DNA of 60,893 nucleotides, counting the filler, from Rhizaria sp. SCN 62-66 (Eukaryota): NCBI GenBank assembly GCA_001724265.1. It is 2 parts of 2 records of this genome, joined end to end, with 100 filler letters (N's around TTAATTAATTAA, not from the genome) between each part and the next. Parts side by side here need not be neighbours in the genome. Positions count along the whole stretch, not along the records: positions 30,325 to 60,893 come from MEDY01000369.1; 1 more part is not named here. One strand, written 5' to 3'. Numbering within the stretch: the first letter of the stretch is position 1; each line of letters begins with the position of its first letter. The position numbers and the translations under genes were made by a program. Shown one piece after another: positions 51,280 through 60,893 of the stretch. Below the pieces are notes generated by a model, which saw only the letters and a list, made by a program, of their open reading frames with translations, searched no databases and was not told the DNA's origin.

Positions 51280-54200
51280 ATGTCTTTGGCATATTTGCAA
51301 GAGCTCGTGGAGCTTGCAGAACAAACGCATGGCACCTTCGGCCAACAACTTACCGAAGCTCTCAATCTCACCTGGGTACGTCCTCATTAAAAGCACACTG
51401 CCCTACTCGTTCATCGAACTGCTAGTTAAAATCATTCATTGTGCGGCATTGAACTGTGCGCATGTGCGCAAAATCTTTCTTAATACTCTTGCTGCTTTTG
51501 TTTATTATGCTATACTTCCACTTCTGTAGGCCGCTTCCGTTGCCTGGTTCCGAATCTGGCTCCCTGCCCTGCTCTTTATGGCCCGTGGCCTCACCACGGC
51601 CTTTACGTACGTTATGAGATGATATTCCTATTGTTTATCTAAACGAGCTTCTTTGATACATGTTATTAGAACTCTTGCTGACGCATATTCAATCGATATC
51701 TCACTCGCACGTGCTTTGACCACACTCATATTTGTCCCTCATGCTCCACACTATTATTATCTGACCTGACTCCTCCTGTCCACAGCTACTGCGCATACTG
51801 GCTCTCTGAGTTTTCCGTATGGGCCTGGCCCTACGTGCGCCGCTCGCTAATCACCCTGCGCCGCGCTATCCGCGACGCCGATCCCGAGACCCTGATCGCC
51901 ATCGCCATTGCTTTCGCGGTACTGACCATGCTACTACTATTGCGCCACTTCATCGTCAAGCAGCGGTACGTGCCACGCCTGCTTACCGCCTGGACGCGCC
52001 TTCGCATGCGCACGCACCGCCGCTACCGCCGCTTCGTGGCCACTCTCCGCCGCCGCTCGCGCGTCGCCGCGCTGTTTCTCCCGCACTTGCTATTCTTCGC
52101 CGTCGTCGCACTCGCGTCCCTGCTCATCACGCCCGCGCCCGACCCCGTCACGGGCGCGCGCGTCGCCCCCGGCTTTCTGTCTGCCGCGGCCATTGCTGCG
52201 CGCGGCAGCTACTACGACGGCGCCCCCACGGCCGACAACCGCGGCATGTTTGCACTGATTTTCGCGGCGTTGACGTGGCCTTTCGCGCTCATCGCGTCCT
52301 TTCTGCCCTCGTTCCTCCCGTCGCTGTCGCTGCCCGCGGTTGCCCTGCCCGCCTTCACCCTCCCGGCGCCGCTTACCGAGGCGCTGGCCGCTGTAGAGTC
52401 GGTCTTCGACGCCCTCGCACTGCTGCTGCCTGGCTGGCTCAAGCGCGTCCTATTCCGTCTGGCCACCGCGCCGCTGCTGCTGCTGCTGCTGGGTCTCGCT
52501 ACGCCCGTCGCCAGCGCGTGGCACGCTGTGTCCGCGTTCCACTGGCGCTTCGGCCCGCGCTGGCGCCGTTTTGTGTTTGAGTGGGGGCTTGCAGACGGCG
52601 AATACGACGAATATAATGACTATAGTAACGCTGCTAGCATCGATAGCGCCAATAACAACAATAACAACGGGAATAACAGTCCTACGGCGAGTGACGCGTC
52701 CCCGCTTGCACTGCCCAGCCCGAGTGACTCTGAAAGCAACAACAACGGCAGCGTCCAGCAGTACTATGAGCCGCCTCAGCTGTCGCAGCGGTCGCCGTCG
52801 TCGCTGTTGTCGACCCAGGGCGCTGCGTTCCTGGCCTTCAACTCGTCCTGGTTCCGCCTCTACCTCTCCCCGGCTCTGCTCGCACCCCATTACCTGTCGC
52901 TGCTCTCCTTAGCGCGCCTACTTACAGTCACCGCCCTCATCGCGTTCCTGCTGCTCGCGCCCGTGACCGGCTCCGCGCTGCTCTCAGCGGCCGAGCACGC
53001 GCCGCTGCTGCCGCTCGCGCTCATCGCGTGGCTGCAGCTGCCCGTTACCGACGGCGCCGCGCTGTTGTGCCGCGTGCTCGCCGCGCGCGTCGGCGGGCTC
53101 TTCAGCGGCGCCGCGCGCGGACAGCTGCGCGCATTGGTGCAGGCCGCCTCGGCAAAGGCAGGGGTTGTGCTGGCGCAGCAGCGCACGCGCCGCAGGCGCA
53201 GGCGCGTCGCGGCCCACGCGGGCGGCCACACTGCCGCCGCCGCCGCTGCGCTGGATGGACTGGATGACGACGAGGACGACGACTACGACGAGAGCGACGA
53301 CGAAGACGCGGCTAACGAGTCCGCGCTAGTTGCAGCCGTCACCGCCGCCACCAACGCTGCCACCGCGGCTTCCGCCTCTGCGAACGGGAACATTAGCAAC
53401 GGTGGGACGAAGCTGCCCGCGCAGGCCGCGGCACTGGCGGGCGCAGGCAGCGACGAATGGGACCTGGCCGCCTCGGCCGCGGTCGCGGAGGCGCTTGCGG
53501 AGGCCGTTGAAGCGGCTCTCTTTGCCCGCAGCGACTACAACCTCCTGACCAGCGCTAGCAGCTGCGCGAGCAGCAGCGACAGCTACGCCTCGCTGCCGCT
53601 GACGCCGACATCCTCAACGGCGTCCTCAACTGCGAGCAGCAGTAGCGCGAGCGCAACGGACAAGAAGGCCGCCGCCGACGCCGCTGCGGCTCGCGAGGAG
53701 GAGGCCCGCGCCGCCGCCGCGTTCGCCACCGGCGCCGCGTCCCCGCTGCCGCCGTGGCTGCGCGCCGTGCTCTCGCTGCTGTCGCCGTCGACGCTCATGG
53801 CGGCGGGTCGCTTCCTCATCACCGCCGTCACCGCCGCCGCGTCCGCGGGGTCGTCGCTGCACTTCTACCTGCTGCCGCTGTCGCTATTCTTCCTCTTCAC
53901 GCCCAGCTTTGCCACGCACGCCGCCGCGCTCGCGCTCTCGCTGCTGCGGCCCGCCTACCTGGCCCTGCGCACGCTACACGCCGCGGCGCCGCTCGAGGCG
54001 CTCGTCGTTGCGCTCGCTCGCGCGCGCGCGCCGGCCGCTGTCGTCTCCGCCGCCGTCGCACGCGCCATGGAGCGCTCCGCCGAGCACGAGAGGCGGCTCG
54101 AGCGGGCCGCGCAGCGCCGCGCCGCCGCCGCCGCCGACGCCGCGGTTGCCGCCGCCGCCGCCGAGGCCGCTGCCGCCGTCGCGCCGCCCGCTGTAACGCA

Positions 54201-56009
54201 AGCTCCACCGTCGGCCGTGGCTGTTGCTGGCGCCGGCGACGGCAAGAAGCCCGTCGAGAAGATCGACTTTGCGGCCGGCGGCGTTGCGGCGGCTACGCTG
54301 GCGGCGCACGTGGCCAAGGTCGCGTTCACAGTTGCTTTTACTGCCGGTGTGGACGAGGCTGACTTGGACACTGCGGCGGAGGCGGATGCGCTCTTCGCCC
54401 CCGCGCCCGACGCTCAGGCCGCCGCCGCCGCCGCTGCCGCCGCCACGGCTGCCTCGGCCAAGACCACCAGCGCTGCGGCGGGTGGTGGCTTTTCATCCAT
54501 AATCAACAAGGTGTCGTTCGGCTACTTAGGCACTTCGCCGGCGGCCGCAGCGGCCGCAGCGGCGGCTGCTACTGCGCGCGCCGCTGTTGCACGCGCATCC
54601 GCGGCGCGCGCGTCGGCGTGGCTGGGCTCGCCGTCGCTGCGCACGTTGTTCCAGCCCGTCGCGGACGCGGCCGCGCTGCTGACCGCGGCGCTCGTGTCAC
54701 GCGCGTGCTTCGACGCAGTCTTCACTTACGGACCGCTCTGGTGGGTGCCCTTCCAGGTACTACAGCTAATTTGCAGAGATATACTCATGATCTGAATTCA
54801 TTTCTTGTTATTTTTTTGTAATGTTTGACGAAAAATTTATAATTTTACTTTGATTTTGTATATATCTTAAAATGCACATCTATACTGATTTGTGTTCGTT
54901 TCTTTGTTTAGGACCACTGCTTCCTGCTGGTCACGGTCACGCTGCAGTCGCCGGTGGGCGGGCCTGTGCGCCGCCTCATGGCGCGTGCGCAGCCGCTGCT
55001 GCTGCCCTCGGTGGCTGTGATGCACCAGCTGTACTTGGCGGGCACGCCGGTGGCTGAGGCTTGGGGCCACGGTCAGCAGCAGGGTGAATACGCCGGTGAT
55101 GCCTCCGCAGTCGCCGCCGCCGCGGCAGCTGCTGTTGCCAACGGTAAGGCTGGCAAGAATGGCGTCAGCGCTAAGAAGGCTAGCAAGGGCAAAGGGAAGC
55201 ACAGTGGCGCTGACGGCGAGCTCCGCGAGCGCCGCGGGGGCAAGTGCTCCGCTAACAGCGGCAGCGGCAGCGAGAGCGGCAGTGGCAGCGGCAGCGACAG
55301 GAACGCCAACGACAGTGATGATGACGACGACTCGTTCAACGCGACGATTCCGACCTCTGCGCCCGCCCCGCCCGCGACCTCCACAACAGCGCGGCGCCGC
55401 AGCAGCTTCGGCGGCTCCGGCCCCGCGTCGGGCCTCGCGGGCGCCGCGATGGTAGCGTTCGCGAGTACGATCCCCGCCTCAGTGCCTGGCTTCCTCGCGC
55501 TTGCGTCCCCGCTCATCGGCTCCGTCAAGAAGCTCCAGGCGCGCCGCCCGCGCTTCCCCGCCGGCGCGCCGCAGACGCCGTCCTCGGTGCCCACCCCCAC
55601 GCCCGCGCGCGCGCTCACTGCCGCCGGCACCGCTGCGGGCGCTGGCTCTGGAGTCCTCGCCAACAGTGGGCCGGCGTCTGCGCCCGCGGGGCCCGTGGCC
55701 GTGGCGGCTGCGGATGGCGATGGCGACTCTGGCAGCGCCGGATCGAGCCCCAATACGGGTGTGAATGTTAGCGCGAATGCAAATGCGTATGCGACGCCGA
55801 TGCGTTTGCGTCCGTCGCAGAAGCAGCAGCAGCAGCTGCAGTCGCAGTCACACAGCAGGTATCAGCAGCAACAGCAGAATCAGGCGGCGGAGTCGGGGAG
55901 CATCGCTGAGGAAGAGGATGAGGCTGCGAGAGAGGACATTGTTCGTGCTAATAGCGAACAGACCGATAGGACGAGCGGCAGCGGCAGTGACGCAGATGTC
56001 ATGGATTGA
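51280..56009 (+). CDS. Multi-pass membrane protein with two TB2/DP1/HVA22(REEP)-like motifs; exons 51280-51375, 51530-51606, 51786-54756, 54912-56009 (1413 aa)
   Basis: All three introns join in frame; motifs 'LIAWLQLPVTDGAALL' and 'WWVPFQ..LLVTVTLQSP'; stop TGA. Confidence 0.6.
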
Positions 56010-56448
56010 GTAAACATGAAGCAGAGTAGATGCGAACTATTTACAAAGAACAACTTCGTATTATGGCCATCGCCTTCATTGAGGCCACTGACAAAAACAA
56101 ATATTAATGATACAAATATTGAAAAAGCAAAAACATATGTATGCTTTATATAAGCGATTCTCATTACATCTTGAATATTCCTGAAAGAAATGTTGTACAT
56201 GTATTACAGAAACAGCACGGCCAGTAAGCTGCTCGCGGACTTCGTCAGTTGAGACGCGCATGATCGCTTTCTTAGAGGCTGCCAAGCTCAGTATGTACGC
56301 GGGAAACTTGGCGGCAACTTCAGCGGCACGATCTAAGCTGATTTCTTCATACTGCCCTTCCCTCGCGCCACCTATCTTTGACGCACGCGTTCCTTCCCCA
56401 CTTATCTCACCTAATCTCACTGCTGACGCTTTGGCTGACACATTGCAG

Positions 56449-57258
56449 ATAGTTTTATTTGCGCACAACGGCACGAAAATCCGCACCTTTATTGTACAGG
56501 CAGCCCATTATACTTTGGCATACAGTACAATGCGGTAGTGAGGGTACATCGCGAAACCCCTTTGCCGACGCTCTCACAACCCTTGCCCCCATGTTACGCA
56601 GTCAAGGAAGCCGCTGCTAAGGTGATTAAGTCGCTGTGGGTTGACGCTCTTATTAACACTAACAATATCTTTAAGATTACACTAGAATGTGCGCGACTAC
56701 CCCTTGCTGCCTCCGGCAACCTCGTAGTTTTATTGTCGCTTCGTGTGCAACTGCAAATGGTGAGCGCCAGCAAGGACTACGTCGCTGCAAAGACTAACCT
56801 GCTGCAGATGCTTATCTGCACGGCCCCGTTGGCCCGGCCGCTATTCAAGGCCGTCAAGATTTGGGCAAAGCGCGCGGGCTTATCAACGCCTACGAGCATC
56901 TGCTCAGCTTGTATTCGATACTTCTCATGGTGCTCTAGTACCTCCAGCTCCAAGTCAAGGACCGCTTGGCGTGGTGCAGCCCTTACCGTTTCTCTGCTCA
57001 ACCGCCGCAGCCACTGAGCTAAAGCTAGTGGACATGAGTAGCCCCACCGCGGAGGGCACAGGCGTAACTGCAGACAAAGAGGTATCAGCACTGGTGAGAA
57101 TAGTGTTAGAGTCACCATTACGAGTGCCATTAGTGGGCGACGCGCTCGACAAACTTGGTGGTAATGTCAGCGGGAGAGCTCGCGTCCTACTCCCTGATGC
57201 AAGTACTGTATCTCTAGTCACCGCGTCGACTTTTAGCCCCAAGATTACAAAATGGTGA
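56449..57258 (+). pseudogene. Degenerate Cid1/TRF4-type (non-canonical poly(A)/TUTase) nucleotidyltransferase remnant with apparent frameshifts and one in-frame TAG
   Basis: Ordered motifs 'TGS', 'ARLPL', 'KTNLL..RPLFKAVKIWAKRAG', then after a shift near 56880 'INAYEHLLSLYSILLMVL*YLQ'; no clear catalytic DxD. Confidence 0.6.
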
Positions 57259-58024
57259 GCATTTCAGCAAAATACAGCGATTTATTTGTATTTTTTGTGG
57301 AAGGCAAAATACAATAATAAGATGCACACCATATCTTTGTTTTCAACTTAAAACATACGATTTGTGCCTGAACCACATGTTGGATCACACATGCTAATAA
57401 GCTTACTACCATTCTGCAAAGGACGTTGCTTGAGCGAAACCATGATCAGAAAGCTCTGTGGCGAGGTTGCTTGAGTGTTATGTGAATAAATGTTTCTTAA
57501 TCTTTCAAGGTATGATTACAGAATAGTGGTTGTTAGCAGAATATGTGAGTCAGTGGCATGCAAATGCTTTTAGAGTGTCGCGAGTCACAGCTTCAAGTTG
57601 ATGTCGCACCCGAACGCATCAAGCGCCCAAGAAATCAAGTTAACGCACTGTGAATGGCGTGAGGCAACACTATCAAGTACGCCAATTTAAAATATATTAC
57701 GTGTTTTAGTGACTTAAGTGCTTGAGTTTAGCTTCACATATGTACTCAAAGCAGGCTAAGCACGAAAACCACCGAAATTGTGTTCGTGGTGACACAGAGG
57801 TTGTCCTAAATTGCCTTACAAAACACATATAACTTCGTGTATTGATCGTCTATGAAGCTGTAACACATTAACTATACGATAATTTTCCTTTTAACATACT
57901 TCTTTGTATTTATATGACAATAAACCTCATGTGTCATCTTCAACCTTCGTCTCTATCTCCGACTCACAGACTCCCACACAAGCCCTAGTAACCCACTGTT
58001 TCGTCGTCGATTTAGACGTGAGAA

Positions 58025-59392
58025 ATGTCACTTGATGCTACAAAATAGTGTCAAGGCTGTGGATAGTCGTGTGGCAGTTTACATAACAACAAGGCGAGTC
58101 GATGCCCGGCATGTTTAACGACGGTACGGATTTCCTGCAGCATTGCAGTATTGCCCACAGAGCCCATGTTAGAGTGTTAGAGTGACTAATCATCATATCT
58201 TCACGCGCCCTACTGCACAGTTTTCTCTATTCGACCACACTGCAGCTGTTTAATAGTTAGCTGATATACTAAGCGTGACGCACGTACGTACTTTTTTTCA
58301 TTTGAAAATATCCTTTTCCAGAACCAAGGCTCTCTCGCCAACATCGCTCCACCCGAGAGTGCTCATACAGATGGCGCCACCGCTGAATTGTCGTTGTTGT
58401 CATCCTCATCGTTGTCACTCTCATCAGAGTCGTTGACATGGGAGTCCCTCATGCAGTTTTCCGCCTGGGAGCCCGAGTTTGATGCGCACATTGCGTGCAC
58501 CCTTGAAGCCAGCGGCTACCCGCGTCGTCTCAAACGCGACCCGTGGATGGAGGAGGTCGAGCCCTTCCCCGCCCCTGTCCGCGCCACTAGCCCGCCGTCA
58601 GCGGCCGAACTCACCGCCCTGCAAGCCAAGGCGCGCGAACGCATTCTTGCGCACGCCCGCGGAGGTGTGGGACGCGAGCACACGGCGTCAGCGCTCGAGA
58701 TGAACATGTGGCTCAGCAACGCAGACACGCCTCGATGTTCGTACCGGCGTATGGCCGTCCGGTTAGACGACGAGCGGTTCCCCGCCAACGCCGCGCATGT
58801 CCGCACTGCGATAGAAAGCACGCTGGGACGCCTGCTGCACCAGTGCTTTGTTCCTCCGGGGCGAACCGCGGCGTCGCTGCCGTTCGTGACGTGGTACACC
58901 GGCGTGCCCCACTGTAGCTCGCAGCCGCTCACGCTGCCGGACAGCGACATCGTCTACGGCGAATACGCGGCGCCGGCCGCCGACGCGGGTGTAGTGTATT
59001 CGGCCGGCACGGTGCTTGTCTATCCGCGGTCAGTCGTTCCGGCCGACCCACCGTCGTGCGGCGGCGAGTGCGTGGCTGATACGCCGATGTTCCTCGTCTT
59101 CAAGCCGTGCGACGCGACGCTCTTGCGCGGCGCAGTGCCCGTTGGCCGCGTGTTGTGCTGCTTTACTGACTATGCGCAGGCGGATGTGTATGATAGCGGG
59201 GACGCGCCATTCGATGAGGAGATGATACGGTGCTTCGAGAGGCACTGTGCGCAGGACACGACGAGTCAACAAACAGGACAGACGTTCATAGTGTTTATTA
59301 GGTTCGCCGAAAGTGACATGGCGCGCACCGGTGGTGATGTACCTGTACGTGAGCGTATTCGGAAATCGGTTTGTAGTTGCTCTATCGCGTGA
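58025..59392 (+). CDS. N-terminal CxxC..CxxC Zn ribbon + divergent cyclophilin-like domain with C-terminal CaaX; exons 58025-58123 (2 in-frame TAG), 58322-59392
   Basis: Exon 1 MSLDATK*CQGCG*SCG..RCPACLTT|GTACGG joins in phase 0 to TTTCCAG|AAC; 'RMAVRLDDERFPANAAHVR' and 'FLVF..VPVGRV' resemble cyclophilin strands; stop TGA. Confidence 0.55.
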
Positions 59393-59696
59393 TGATGAGT
59401 GCTAATACCGAATTCTAGTGACCATGCACAACGGTGACTGGCGGCGACCGTGGGTCAGAAAAAGGAAGGCCAAATCACCAAAGAGACATCGATCTTTTGC
59501 GTAGTTGATCGTCAATACATGCATAGCCCGGCTACCTGTGACATAACGCTGAATGGTACACTATTTGTATTTTTTGTGCCGGTAGCTCCTTTGTGTAACC
59601 ATTAATCGACGGCTCAAATTCCCGAACCGACTTCAACCCGTCCACCGTCCACGCTCTCTCCTGCATCTCAAACTCTGTTCCTACTCCTAGAGCCCA

Positions 59697-60893
59697 ATGT
59701 CAACTGATATTGGCAAATGTTGCAAGTTATGTTGCAAGCCTTACGTTGCATCTCCTGGAGGCCCAGCCATGGACATCTGCGTGAGTTGCTTGATGGTACG
59801 TCCACACACATTTGGCCTGAGTTTCTTGGACAACACGCCTCGATTGCAACACAAATGAGCTGCGAGTTGTATTCTGGAAGACGACGCAACGCCAAATTAT
59901 TTGACTAACAATTACCTCTCTTAAAATGTGCGATTGCTTTGTATGTTGTTATAGGCTCAACTCGCGCTTCTCAACTCAGGGCCCTCCGATCTGACTGTCC
60001 TGTCGCCTTCCGCCGCTGTCGCAGCAGCAGCAGCAGCAGGCACCGCAATCGCCACTCACATCCTACCGAACAACCCCAACGTACGCTTCTTTACAGCTGC
60101 GTGTCCGTAATTATTGCCTTTTGTTTGACGCTGACAAAGTCTGTGCAAGTTGTTCTTGAACACCAAGTACTCATGAAATGAATGATACCAGAGTTGTATC
60201 AGTACTGCATCACGTTCGTTACGATGCTCTGTGTCGATAATCACGCTTTTCATCATCTTCGCTCATCTAATTCTTTCTGCACCCCCGAAATCCATCATGT
60301 TCTTTTCCCAACTGCTTTGGACCTTTGATGCTCGCACAGTACTGCCACCGACACGAACACCCGATTGAGATCATGAACTGGTGCGACACCTGCAACACCA
60401 CCGCGTGCGCGCAATGCGCATATCACTCCGGTGAGCACAAGGATCACACGGGCCGCTTGCTCAGCAGCGTGCGCGCTGAGCTGCGGACACGCGCAGAGCA
60501 GCTACCGCCGCAGCTGGCTCGCTTTGAACGCATTCACTTAATGTAGATTTTCTCCGTAATAGCGTTGTAAGAGCACCCGGGGCACTGTGTCTAATCGTTA
60601 TGGAAAGGAAATAACAAGTAAAAGTAGCATCTAAAAATGAAACAAACATATCTCGAAACAAACATATCTCATATGCAATACGTTCTTGCATCGACTCTGT
60701 ACTTGCAACTCAGGAGCGAAGCGTCGATATGACTCACTTCAAGACCGATGTCGAGGACACGCATACGGCTCTGCTTGACCAGAGCAAGTCCTTTACCGCC
60801 CAAGCCGCCGCCCCGCTTGCGACAGTGTTGTCGCAGCTCAAGCTGTACACTGCGCAGTCAATGAGTGCTGAAGAGAAGAGGCTCGCAAAGGCA
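59697..60893 (+). CDS. Zn-ribbon + B-box + coiled-coil (TRIM-like) protein, 3' truncated; exons 59697-59795, 59955-60080, 60340-60555 (TAG at 60544), 60714->60893
   Basis: B-box 'CHRH..WCDTCNTTACAQCAYHSGEHKDH'; all introns phase 0; only the phase-0 frame of the last exon is open. Confidence 0.7.

Noticed and set aside
56533-56541. TAG at the end of ORF 56260-56538 as another read-through case
   Set aside because: It is immediately followed by TGA, and this frame is not the motif-bearing one.

Overview
Gene-dense eukaryotic (protist-like) nuclear DNA with very GC-rich coding exons, AT-rich GT-AG introns and spacers. An artificial 100-nt linker (44N-TTAATTAATTAA-44N) at 30225-30324 separates two pieces whose adjacency is unproven. 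Reading splice phases by hand gives about 14 protein-coding loci. These are a SEC16-like 3' end, a HAD-family protein, a small secreted protein, a 5786-aa UTP20, an importin-alpha-like ARM gene, two hypothetical proteins, an IPT/TIG surface protein, a C2+LRR protein, DRG1, an HVA22/REEP-like membrane protein, a degenerate Cid1/TRF4-like nucleotidyltransferase, a Zn-ribbon + cyclophilin-like protein and a Zn-ribbon + B-box protein. There is also one tRNA-Ile(AAT). The main discovery candidate is nine in-frame TAG codons inside five otherwise coding frames, on both sides of the gap, while every complete gene model ends in TAA or TGA. This suggests a variant nuclear genetic code in which UAG is a sense codon (contexts favour Gln) and UAA/UGA remain stops. 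Family assignments are from recalled motifs only; no searches were run.
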